A DNA stretch of 64,000 nt from Clostridia bacterium (GTDB lineage: Bacteria; Bacillota; Clostridia; Christensenellales; UBA1242): the NCBI GenBank assembly GCA_045588915.1, contig JAZNFA010000004.1:131707-195706 (forward strand), written 5' to 3'. Within the stretch, counting starts at the first letter, position 1; every line of letters starts with the position of its first letter. The position numbers and the translations under genes are program-made. Below, piece after piece: positions 19,357-27,625 of this stretch. Under the pieces are notes generated by a model. The model did not search any database. It was not told the DNA's origin and saw only the letters and a list, made by a program, of their open reading frames with translations.

Positions 19357-20405
19357 ATTAAATTGTAAATTTCCTTTTTAAGTTTGTCTATTCCAATTTT
19401 TTGAATTGCTGAAATCGCTACTGCACCATCTGGCACAACAAAGTTCGGATTCTTATCAATCTTATTGAAGACTAAAAGTTGTGGAATCGAACCAGCGCCA
19501 ATATTTTGTAAAACTTGATTCACCACACTAATTTGTTTTTCGTATTCAGGGTTTGCACAATCGACAACGTGAATCAACAAATTAGCTTCTCGTGTTTCAT
19601 CCAACGTTGCCTCAAAAGCACGAATAAATTCGTGTGGCAAATGATTGATAAAACCAACTGTATCGGTTAAAACAAAATTTTTACCATCCAAATAAATCGC
19701 ACGTGTGGTTGTGTCCAAAGTTGCAAAAAGTTCGTCTTTGGCATAAACACCTGCTTTCGTTAATAAATTAAATAAAGTTGATTTTCCACTATTAGTATAA
19801 CCGACCAAGCAAACACGACAACGCTGTGAACGTTGACGTACTGAAATTGTACGAGCTTTTTTAACTTCGGCCAATTTGCGTTCTAAAGCTACAATCTCAT
19901 CACGAATCAAGCGTTTATCTAATTCTAATTTTTTTTCACCTGGTCCACGCATTCCAACACCGTTACGCATTTTACTCATCAATCCACTGCTACCAATCAA
20001 ACGTGGCAAGTTATAACGTAACTGCGCTAATTCAACCTGTAACTTCCCTGCAGCGCTTTGCGCACGAGCAGCAAAGATATCCAAAATAACTTTACTACGG
20101 TCCAAAACAGGAACACCTAATGCTTGTTCCAAATTACGGACTTTACTACCCGATAATTCAACATCAAAAACAACAACGTTTGCATTCGTCTCAGCTATCA
20201 TTGTTTTAATTTCTTCAACCTTACCCGTACCTATATAATAGGTAACATCAATATCTTTACGGTTTTGAATCACTCGACCAACAGTTTGCAAATTACAGGT
20301 CGCACACAACAAAGACAATTCGTCTAAATCATCCACAGAAAAAATTTGGTTGACCCCTACGCCAACCAAAATTGCTAAATCAGCTTGCTTCTGATTATTG
20401 TGCAT
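19353..20405 (-). CDS. hflX: GTPase HflX
   Basis: G1 GYTNSGKST, G3 DTVGF, G4 NKID, N-terminal HflX domain. Confidence 0.85.
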   Translation of the reverse strand: MHNNQKQADLAILVGVGVNQIFSVDDLDELSLLCATCNLQTVGRVIQNRKDIDVTYYIGTGKVEEIKTMIAETNANVVVFDVELSGSKVRNLEQALGVPVLDRSKVILDIFAARAQSAAGKLQVELAQLRYNLPRLIGSSGLMSKMRNGVGMRGPGEKKLELDKRLIRDEIVALERKLAEVKKARTISVRQRSQRCRVCLVGYTNSGKSTLFNLLTKAGVYAKDELFATLDTTTRAIYLDGKNFVLTDTVGFINHLPHEFIRAFEATLDETREANLLIHVVDCANPEYEKQISVVNQVLQNIGAGSIPQLLVFNKIDKNPNFVVPDGAVAISAIQKIGIDKLKKEIYNLI

Positions 20406-20625
20406 TGCGTTCAGCCGCCGCTTTGGCTTTCTTAGCCTTTACATCGTTTTTTGTTTCGATGCGTTTCACGCCGTCATAATAACCACACTCAGGACAAACG
20501 ATATGTGGGCAAATTTTTGCCTTACATTGTTTACATTCTGTCAACGTCGGTGCAGTTAATTTACTATTATTCGCATTACGCGTATTACGACGTGCTTTCG
20601 ATACTTTGTGTTTTGGTACTGCCAT
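20395..20625 (-). CDS. rpmF: 50S ribosomal protein L32 (with C-terminal Lys-rich extension)
   Basis: MAVPKHKVSKARRNTR N-terminus and a CxxC...CxxC zinc ribbon. Confidence 0.85.
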   Translation of the reverse strand: MAVPKHKVSKARRNTRNANNSKLTAPTLTECKQCKAKICPHIVCPECGYYDGVKRIETKNDVKAKKAKAAAERNAQ

Positions 20626-20633
20626 AATGGCGT

Positions 20634-20662
20634 ATTATAACAAATACTACTTGAAATGTAAA
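20634..20662 (-). promoter_or_regulatory. Putative promoter of rpmF: TTTACA-N17-TATAAT, with the -10 ending 8 nt before the ATG
   Basis: Read on the minus strand: tgtaaa at 20657-20662 and attata at 20634-20639. No SD between the -10 and the ATG at 20625. Confidence 0.5.
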
Positions 20663-20679
20663 GGACTTTAATATATATT
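20651..20679 (+). promoter_or_regulatory. Putative promoter of the SleB-like gene: TTGAAA-N17-TATATT-N6-ATG
   Basis: TTGAAA at 20651-20656, TATATT at 20674-20679, ATG at 20686, no SD. Confidence 0.5.
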
Positions 20680-20685
20680 AGTCAA

Positions 20686-21660
20686 ATGGGTTTATTAGAT
20701 AAGGCAAATGAATACTTAGATTATGCAGAACGTAAGGCGCTTGCAGACGCAATTTCAGATGCTGTTCAAACCAAAAATACAGAACCAGAAACAAAAAATA
20801 ATACCCAAAAACGTGGTTCAAGAAAACTACGCCACTTGGCAGCCGTATTTACCGTTGGCTTATTAATGCAATTTACATCACCAACCTGCGTTGGTCGAAT
20901 TGATACTGCTAACAAAAATTTCAAAAAAACTTTTATGCTTTCACAAGACGAACAAAAAGAATTAAACATCAACTTCAAAGATGCGACTATTGAAAAAATC
21001 CAACCGACGGAAACTGCCAAGCAATTAGCTCGACACTTGCTTTCTCCCTACTCCCAAACAGAGATTGAAGCTTTTGCTCGTTTAATTTACGGTGAAGCAG
21101 GACGTGGCGCAGATGCGTTTGAGGTCGCACATACAGTCGGCAACCGTTATGCGTCAGGTCGCTTTGGTGAAACATTGATGGATGTGATTACTGCCGAAAA
21201 TCAATATGTTGGCTATCGCGCATCAAATAAATTAACAAAAAAACATTATTCGACAGCCTGTATTATGCTCGCCGACCAAGTTGCTTTACTAAACTACGGC
21301 AAAACATTAAAAGAATTACTTATACAGATTCAAAACGAAAATAATCCCGAAATAGTTAACTCAATTCTTAATAAAGAACTTAACAAAAAAATGATTAAAG
21401 TTAAAGAATGTCCACACTACTATTTCCACCTAGGCAAACAGGGTCATTACAACCTCTTTGAAAAAAGCCCCAAAGTACAAGTGAAAAATGCAAAACAAAA
21501 GGAAAACAATTACGATTACAATTGTGATTGGGTTGATTACAAAGATAAAGTCTATGCCGAAAAAGAAACCTATTGCGACGAAGCAAATCGCCAATACGCA
21601 GAATATATGGAAGACCCAAAAGTTTATCACGCAATTTTTGATTGTGAAAAATTACAATAA
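20686..21660 (+). CDS. Membrane-anchored SleB/CwlJ-type cell-wall hydrolase domain protein
   Basis: TM helix (LAAVFTVGLLMQF). Hydrolase_2-like region ARLIYGEAGRG...AHTVGNRY...ENQYVGY. Confidence 0.65.
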   Translation: MGLLDKANEYLDYAERKALADAISDAVQTKNTEPETKNNTQKRGSRKLRHLAAVFTVGLLMQFTSPTCVGRIDTANKNFKKTFMLSQDEQKELNINFKDATIEKIQPTETAKQLARHLLSPYSQTEIEAFARLIYGEAGRGADAFEVAHTVGNRYASGRFGETLMDVITAENQYVGYRASNKLTKKHYSTACIMLADQVALLNYGKTLKELLIQIQNENNPEIVNSILNKELNKKMIKVKECPHYYFHLGKQGHYNLFEKSPKVQVKNAKQKENNYDYNCDWVDYKDKVYAEKETYCDEANRQYAEYMEDPKVYHAIFDCEKLQ

Positions 21661-21666
21661 TTAGTT

Positions 21667-22698
21667 TTACTTTTGCAAAAGCTTTTCGCATTCCAAAGCA
21701 ATCATCAATTCTTCATTAGTTGGAATAATCATTTTTTGACAGTTTGGTAAGAATTCGAAATGAGCCATAACACGTTCCGAAACAAATTTACGATGCACAC
21801 CGATACCCCCAGTCCAAACAATCGCATCGCAACCTTTCATTTGTGCAACGTAGCCACCGATATATTGAATTAAGCGATGAATGAAAACGTCAATCGCAAT
21901 TTTTACACGTTCATTAGTTGCAATCGCAGGTTCAAGGTCACGCATATCCGAAGATAAACCAGACAAGCCTTTTAGACCGGAAGATTTATTTAAATAGGTA
22001 ATGGCTTCGTCAATCGTAAAATTATGTTGTTGACAAAGTACACTCAAAGCCGCAGGGTCAATATCACCCGAACGTGTACCCATAACCAAGCCAGCCAACG
22101 GTGTCATTCCCATACTGGTATCAATACATTTTCCATTTTGGACAGCACAAATACTTGCACCATTTCCAATATGACAAGTAATAATTTTCAAATCTTGCAA
22201 AGGACGACCTAACTGTTCTGCCGCCTGCATTGCTACATAGTGATGACTGGTACCGTGGAAACCATATTTACGAATACCATACTTTTCATAATCCTCATAA
22301 GGAACACCATAAAGGTATGCACCAGGTTCCATTGTACTGTGGAAAGCAGTATCAAAAACCAAAAAGTTTGGCAGTTCCGGCATTTGTTGACGGCAAGCAC
22401 GTACTCCAGCCATTGATGCTGGATTGTGCAATGGTGCTAAAAATTCAATACGGTCCATTTCAGCTAAAACTTCATCATCAACCAAAACGGTGTGCTGGAA
22501 TTTTTCACCACCGTGCACAACACGATGACCTACTGCCTTAATTTCAGTTAAGTCAACTTTGCTCAAAATTTCTTGAATCGCCGCTGCATGATCAGTAACT
22601 CTTTGGATATCATCATCCACAATTTTTTCTTTAGTGGTAGTTTCGATAACTTGATATTTCACCGAACTGCTACCACAATTTAGTACTAAAATTTTCAT
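21667..22698 (-). CDS. ackA: Acetate kinase
   Basis: MKILVLNCGSSSVKYQ, HRVVHGG, GFHGTSHHY, TCHIGNGASI, TGGIG. The track ORF start (22785) is an upstream extension. Confidence 0.9.
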   Translation of the reverse strand: MKILVLNCGSSSVKYQVIETTTKEKIVDDDIQRVTDHAAAIQEILSKVDLTEIKAVGHRVVHGGEKFQHTVLVDDEVLAEMDRIEFLAPLHNPASMAGVRACRQQMPELPNFLVFDTAFHSTMEPGAYLYGVPYEDYEKYGIRKYGFHGTSHHYVAMQAAEQLGRPLQDLKIITCHIGNGASICAVQNGKCIDTSMGMTPLAGLVMGTRSGDIDPAALSVLCQQHNFTIDEAITYLNKSSGLKGLSGLSSDMRDLEPAIATNERVKIAIDVFIHRLIQYIGGYVAQMKGCDAIVWTGGIGVHRKFVSERVMAHFEFLPNCQKMIIPTNEELMIALECEKLLQK

Positions 22699-22713
22699 AT
22701 AATGATTGTAGCA
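22699..22713 (-). promoter_or_regulatory. Extended -10 (TGcTACAAT) 6 nt upstream of the ackA ATG
   Basis: Complement of 22705-22713 reads TGCTACAAT. Six nt separate it from the ATG at 22698, with no SD. Confidence 0.45.
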
Positions 22714-22726
22714 TAATTTTTTTTTG

Positions 22727-22741
22727 TGGTATAATAGTTTA
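22727..22741 (+). promoter_or_regulatory. Extended -10 (TGgTATAAT) 6 nt upstream of the tmcAL ATG
   Basis: TGGTATAAT at 22727-22735, then agttta, then ATG at 22742. No SD. Confidence 0.5.
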
Positions 22742-24013
22742 ATGAAGATTGCTGTAATTATTGCCGAGTTTAATCCCTTACACAAGGGACATGAATATTT
22801 AATTCAGCAAACACGTGCTTTAACCGACTGTACGCATATTATTGTAGTCCAAACAGGAAACTTTACACAACTTGGTGAACCTGCCATTATTGAAAAACAC
22901 TTACGTGCACAAAGTGCTGTAATGTGTGGTATTGACGCCGTGATTGAAATGCCGACGGCATTCGCAACAGCTAATATTGAAGTTTATGCAAAAGCCGGAG
23001 TACAACTTGCGAATGTGATTCCTCACGCCAGTTATTTGGTTTTCGGTGTAGAAGATAACAATATGGCAATCTTGAAAGAAATTGCTTACGTCAAACTTAA
23101 ACAAAGTCACGAATATGAAAAATACTTAAAAATTCACTTAAAAGCAGGTCTATCTTATGTTGCCGCACAAGGTGAAGTAATTAAAAAGTTGTTACCTAAA
23201 ATTCCACCAGCTGTGATTACACGTATTTTAAACGGAGCAAATAACATTTTAGCAATCGAATATCTTCGTGAATTGTACCGTTTAAAAAGCAATATTCAAC
23301 CAGTTGCGATTACCCGTTTTCAAAAAGGTAAACACGAAACCAATACAACAGCTTTGGCAATTCGTGATGCTTATTACGCAAACAACCTTTCTTTTGAAGA
23401 CCATATTCCAGCACAAGTACTGCCCTTCATTATGGAGTCAATTGAAAAACATCCAATTAAGGAAATGTTCGAGTCAACAATTTTATTCAATACTTTAAAT
23501 GAACTTGATGTACGACAAACAAACGACGTAACACCAGATATCGTAAATATGTTCCGTACACGTCGCCCAGTTACTTACCAACAATTAACGACGGCAGTTC
23601 AAAATACTAACTATACCCCTAAACACGTCAAACGTGTTGCTTTACACGCAACCTTAGGTATTACACAAAAAGATATCAACCTTATCTATCAAAATAATTA
23701 CTTACCATACACTAACCTATTAGCCATTCGTAGCGATGCTCATGAATTATTTAACGAGCTAACGTCAATTCGTCACACACCGGTGGTTACCCACGGTAAC
23801 CGTAATCGTCCAGTTATGAACAAATACTGTTTGCGTTTGCGTCAGATTGACCAACGCGCAACAATACTTTATGAAATCTCCTGTAAACAAAGATTTTCGC
23901 AACAACCATTATATGTTAATACTCAGACGACACCAAGCGAACCAATCATTTCGGATGAACCAATCCAAGCACCAACCGATACAGCAACAGAAACCACCGA
24001 GAACGAGAATTAA
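22742..24013 (+). CDS. tmcAL: UPF0348/YlbM-type nucleotidyltransferase (tRNA-Met cytidine acetate ligase family)
   Basis: MKIAVIIAEFNPLHKGHEYLI (HxGH nucleotidyltransferase motif), GANNILAIEY. Thr/Pro/Glu-rich C-terminal tail. Confidence 0.7.
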   Translation: MKIAVIIAEFNPLHKGHEYLIQQTRALTDCTHIIVVQTGNFTQLGEPAIIEKHLRAQSAVMCGIDAVIEMPTAFATANIEVYAKAGVQLANVIPHASYLVFGVEDNNMAILKEIAYVKLKQSHEYEKYLKIHLKAGLSYVAAQGEVIKKLLPKIPPAVITRILNGANNILAIEYLRELYRLKSNIQPVAITRFQKGKHETNTTALAIRDAYYANNLSFEDHIPAQVLPFIMESIEKHPIKEMFESTILFNTLNELDVRQTNDVTPDIVNMFRTRRPVTYQQLTTAVQNTNYTPKHVKRVALHATLGITQKDINLIYQNNYLPYTNLLAIRSDAHELFNELTSIRHTPVVTHGNRNRPVMNKYCLRLRQIDQRATILYEISCKQRFSQQPLYVNTQTTPSEPIISDEPIQAPTDTATETTENEN

Positions 24014-24040
24014 AAAAACACCTTTTGAAAGGTGTTTTTC
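24012..24040. terminator. Bidirectional rho-independent terminator between convergent genes
   Basis: A7 - acacct / aggtgt hairpin - T5. Confidence 0.7.
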
Positions 24041-24048
24041 TTTATCTA

Positions 24049-25134
24049 TTATAACTTACGCAATGGAAACGGCAAGCGCTCACCTTTCTTACGATAGTCC
24101 TTTAACAACTGCTTCTTGACAAAAGACGGACGTAGGTCAACTTTCTCGACAGCATCTAGATCCAACCACACAGGTTTGTAAAAACCACCTTTACGTTCTG
24201 GGTCAGTATATTCTTCGGCATCGGTAGTTTGTGGTTCGCCGTTTTGATACTCGCAAACCATAAAAGACTGCCAACCGTCACCACGATGATGTTTATGGTC
24301 TTCGTACCAAAATTTATACAACTCACGGAACGGACGTGCCACCACACTGGTTTCTTCCAAAACTTCACGAGCACAGGCTTCGGACAAAGTTTCGCCGGGG
24401 TCAATATGCCCACCAGGAAAAACATAATACTCTTGACCGTCACGTATACGATGAATTGCCAATAACTTATTCTTGTGAATCACAATCCCACGACCAATAA
24501 TACTTGGTTCTTTTTGCCACGCTTTCAACTTGGGTGGCTTACTGAAACCAACTAATAGTTGTTGCATTTGATATTGAACTCGATCCCCTAAACGATTGAT
24601 ACCATCTTTCGTCATTCGACCATCTTGTAAATATTCAGTAACATTAATCGCTGTTCCTACTTTAATCCGTGTTAAACGGAACATACGCATTGGTCGGTCG
24701 GTTACCACAGGAATAATTGGTACACCACTACGCAATGCTACCATCGCAACACCATTTTGAATTTTTAATTTATCTTCGGCGTTAAATGAACGATGACCTT
24801 CCGGCATTACAGCCAACAAACCATTTTTTTGCAAAACTTTTTGACTATCACGCATCAATGCTAATTCAGCATCACTCTTTACAGGTATACAACCTAAACT
24901 TTTAAAAAACCAACGACCAAAGCCTTTTTTGAAAAGTTCCCCTTTACTCCAAAAGTAGGTTTTGCGCCAAACATCAATTACCAATAATGGACCATCAAAA
25001 GCGCTACGGTGATTCATTGCCAAAATCACAGGTTTACCACGAAACTTACGTAGTTCTTTTTTGTTAATCCATTTTGTCCAAAATAATAACTTAAACGGAA
25101 TGTAGCAAATCAGCTTTAATAAAAATCTTAACAT
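24049..25134 (-). CDS. PlsC-type acyltransferase fused to a NUDIX hydrolase domain
   Basis: N-terminal half has NHRSAFD (HX4D) and MPEGHRS motifs. C-terminal half has the Nudix box GGHIDPGETLSEACAREVLEETS. Confidence 0.75.
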   Translation of the reverse strand: MLRFLLKLICYIPFKLLFWTKWINKKELRKFRGKPVILAMNHRSAFDGPLLVIDVWRKTYFWSKGELFKKGFGRWFFKSLGCIPVKSDAELALMRDSQKVLQKNGLLAVMPEGHRSFNAEDKLKIQNGVAMVALRSGVPIIPVVTDRPMRMFRLTRIKVGTAINVTEYLQDGRMTKDGINRLGDRVQYQMQQLLVGFSKPPKLKAWQKEPSIIGRGIVIHKNKLLAIHRIRDGQEYYVFPGGHIDPGETLSEACAREVLEETSVVARPFRELYKFWYEDHKHHRGDGWQSFMVCEYQNGEPQTTDAEEYTDPERKGGFYKPVWLDLDAVEKVDLRPSFVKKQLLKDYRKKGERLPFPLRKL

Positions 25135-25138
25135 ATTT

Positions 25139-25762
25139 TTATTTTAATATAATAGATAACATTTCGTCCACCACTTCATCAGCCTGACGACCTGTGGTAT
25201 CAAATTCAATAGCATCGGCAACTTTTACTAACGGAGCAACATCACGTTCCATATCCAAACGGTCACGTTCAGCTGTTAAACGCAATACTTCTTCGTAAGT
25301 AATCTTTTCGCCTTTTTGTAAAAAGTCATTCAAACGACGACGAGCACGTTCTTCCAAACTAGCTGTAATGTAAAATTTAAAATCAGCATTTGGGAAAGCC
25401 ACCGAAGTTGTTTCACGACCTTCAACTACTAAGCTCTGCTCGTGAGCAGTTGTATGTTGAATTTCGTGAACTCGATCTTGTACAGCTGGATTCAATGCTA
25501 CTACAGGCACGTGTGCACCAACTTCAATTGTACGGATTTGTTGAGTAATATCTTCCCCATTCAAAGAGACTAATGTTTGTTTATCTGCACCACACTGAAT
25601 TTCAATCTGGCTTTGACAGTAGTCTATACCACGCAAATCACAAACAGCAATAGCACGATAAATTGCTCCTGTATCTAAACATAAAATGTTTAATTTTTTT
25701 GCCAACTTTTTGGCGATTGTTCCCTTCCCACTAGCTGCTGGTCCATCAATTGCAATAATCAT
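25139..25762 (-). CDS. cmk: Cytidylate kinase paralog (copy 2, divergent NMP-site motif)
   Basis: MIIAIDGPAASGKGT, LDTGAIYRA. EGRETTSV replaces the usual GRD(I/M)GT. The start at 25762 was chosen by alignment with copy 1. Confidence 0.75.
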   Translation of the reverse strand: MIIAIDGPAASGKGTIAKKLAKKLNILCLDTGAIYRAIAVCDLRGIDYCQSQIEIQCGADKQTLVSLNGEDITQQIRTIEVGAHVPVVALNPAVQDRVHEIQHTTAHEQSLVVEGRETTSVAFPNADFKFYITASLEERARRRLNDFLQKGEKITYEEVLRLTAERDRLDMERDVAPLVKVADAIEFDTTGRQADEVVDEMLSIILK

Positions 25763-25815
25763 TCTAGAATTAACTGTAACACGAAGCATATTTTTTGTAA
25801 AAGCAAATTATCAAC

Positions 25816-25844
25816 TTGTAATGCAAACCAAAGCGTGATAACAT
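25816..25844 (+). promoter_or_regulatory. Putative rnpB promoter: TTGTAA-N17-TAACAT, 6 nt before the RNA 5' end
   Basis: TTGTAA at 25816-25821, TAACAT at 25839-25844, proposed +1 G at 25851. Confidence 0.45.
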
Positions 25845-25850
25845 AAAAAC

Positions 25851-26180
25851 GTTAATCAGGCGCTTGCTGTTCGCTTGACGAACAGAGGAAAGTCTGGGCA
25901 TCAAATGGCATCATGCAAGCTAACGGCTTGTCGCGGCGACGTGAAGGACAGTGCAACAGAAAACAAACCACCCAAGTAATTGGGTAAGGGTGAAAAGGTG
26001 GAGTAAGAGCCCACCGCACCACAGGTGACTGTGGTGGCAATGTAAACCCCATGAGATGCAAGGTTAGAGGTTGAGATTTAATGGCGGCCAGTCAACTCGA
26101 CCCATACACCGCGTGAGCATATCGGTGACGGTATGCCAAGATAGATAAGCGCCCTCGACATAACCCAGCTTACGATTAAC
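25851..26180 (+). ncRNA. rnpB: RNase P RNA (bacterial, type-A-like)
   Basis: Universal P4 strands GAGGAAAGTCTGGGC and ACATAACCCAGCTTACG with a compensatory change. CAGTGCAACAGAAAACAAACC, GGTAAGGGTGAAAAGGTG, GTAAGAGCCCACCGC and GTAAACCCC blocks are collinear with E. coli M1 RNA. P1 pairs gttaatc (25851-25857) with gattaac (26174-26180). Confidence 0.9.
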
Positions 26181-26181
26181 T

Positions 26182-26207
26182 AAAAAGACCCGTACGGGTT
26201 TTTTTAT
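26182..26207 (+). terminator. Rho-independent terminator of rnpB
   Basis: aaaaagaccc-gtac-gggttttttt hairpin plus T-run. Confidence 0.8.
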
Positions 26208-26242
26208 TGCACTTTTTTTAATACAAAACAATAAACTGACGT

Positions 26243-26419
26243 ATGAAGCAAGCGACCATAATCACAGTACGGACATCACCTGATGCACTGGTAAAAATTT
26301 ACGACGAAACACGTGATGAAGTTATTTACATCGATAACACCGATGACGATAATCAAACTGCACCTGTTACTTTGCCACAAGGTGGAAACTATTATATAGA
26401 TGTTACAATCTTTAAATAA
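26243..26419 (+). CDS. Possible small protein (58 aa), not in the ORF track
   Basis: ATG at 26243, TAA at 26417. MKQATIITVRTSPDALVKIYDETRDEVIYIDNTDDDNQTAPVTLPQGGNYYIDVTIFK has a beta-strand-like pattern. No homology recognised. Confidence 0.3.
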   Translation: MKQATIITVRTSPDALVKIYDETRDEVIYIDNTDDDNQTAPVTLPQGGNYYIDVTIFK

Positions 26420-26459
26420 ACTAATTGGACATAAAATGTAGTTATAGTATGCTGGGTTT

Positions 26460-26906
26460 ATGTCGTGTCGCAAACTCGTTTTGAATATCTTGATTTTTGT
26501 TGTTTGTGGCGCAGTCGCAATCACTGTTCCTGTGCTTATTAATCATTTATCAAAACCAACTGTCACAGCCAACGATGATAAATCAGTATCAACCAATTGC
26601 ATTTTGGTCAGTGAATTTGTTGGCGATGATTATCGCTTCACTGATACTTGTATCGTTTGGCAAGTTTACTTAAAGGATGGATTTACCGTAATAGCCACCT
26701 GGAACGAAATCTACGCAGCACTCAGTCAACATAATCCATTGATTTACGATACCGAACATTTAGCATTAACACCTTATGGTTTATGTTACCGTGGACTTCA
26801 AACTCAAGAAGACTATGATAAATTATACAACACTGGTTACACGAGTTCTGTGACTTATCAAGGCAAAACTTGTCTATTAGATTTACATCAAACGTCACGA
26901 CGTTGA
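26460..26906 (+). CDS. Membrane-anchored hypothetical protein
   Basis: 148-aa ORF with an N-terminal TM helix (LVLNILIFVVCGAVAITVPVLI). No recognised domain. Confidence 0.5.
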   Translation: MSCRKLVLNILIFVVCGAVAITVPVLINHLSKPTVTANDDKSVSTNCILVSEFVGDDYRFTDTCIVWQVYLKDGFTVIATWNEIYAALSQHNPLIYDTEHLALTPYGLCYRGLQTQEDYDKLYNTGYTSSVTYQGKTCLLDLHQTSRR

Positions 26907-27625
26907 TTGATATACCAACCAGTACCAACAAAAAATACTACATAAAATAACGGTAATAAAATTCCACGCAAAACTAATTGCGAAGTAATTTCATTGACAA
27001 TTAACGTATCGAGTAGATTTGTAAATAATGTTTCAATACTAAACTGTTTGATATTAAAATCAATTTTTAACAAAACAAAGATTAAATTTAGAATTTCAAA
27101 ACAAAAGCTCACACCAACTAAATTTAAAGCAACTGTACCAGCAGTTTTACTCAGCATCATACCGATACCAAAAAACAAACCGTGAAAACCGATAATTGTC
27201 CATAATTGTAAAGCCAACGTACCCCACTGCCACGCTAACAAACTACCGACTTTACCACCTAACATTAAAGTCCACACAAAACCGAAAGCCATATACAAAA
27301 ATGCCATCAATAAAGTAGCAGCAAGCGAAATAAAATATTTCGCAAAATAAACTGTAGTACGACGATAACCACGAGCATAAATATTTTTAATCGTTTGTTG
27401 TGCAAAATCCTGACACACAAACAAAGCGATAAAAATACCTAAGAAAGATGTAAACCCAGCATTTAAAGACACAAACAAAGTGGTCATTGCATCGTCCACA
27501 GCATTAAAAATGTTTTTCATCGACAACAGCGATAATGCAATGATTAACAACCCAATACCGAAGCAAATGTACAAGCTTTTCTGACGCCATAATTTACGCC
27601 ATTCAAATTTTAATAATTTAGTCAT
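26888..27625 (-). CDS. ABC-2-type transporter permease
   Basis: 245 aa with about 6 TM helices. Overlaps the upstream ATPase gene by 4 nt. Confidence 0.65.
   Translation of the reverse strand: MTKLLKFEWRKLWRQKSLYICFGIGLLIIALSLLSMKNIFNAVDDAMTTLFVSLNAGFTSFLGIFIALFVCQDFAQQTIKNIYARGYRRTTVYFAKYFISLAATLLMAFLYMAFGFVWTLMLGGKVGSLLAWQWGTLALQLWTIIGFHGLFFGIGMMLSKTAGTVALNLVGVSFCFEILNLIFVLLKIDFNIKQFSIETLFTNLLDTLIVNEITSQLVLRGILLPLFYVVFFVGTGWYINQRRDV

Noticed and set aside
22699-22785. N-terminal extensions given by the ORF track for ackA, tmcAL, the ABC ATPase (28578), the DUF378 gene (28531), the LtaS-like gene (39350), paralog 3 (46982), rplA (60074), the tpi-like gene (55920), the Dus-family gene (62785) and the permease (50718)
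   Set aside because: The extensions run through promoter elements or upstream genes, and some use non-ATG starts. They precede the conserved family N-termini. Internal ATGs with an SD or a correctly spaced -10 box fit better.
25852-26061. 69-aa minus-strand ORF in the track (MHLMGFTLPPQSPV...)
   Set aside because: It lies entirely inside the RNase P RNA gene on the opposite strand. The RNA signature is unambiguous, so the ORF is a chance open frame.
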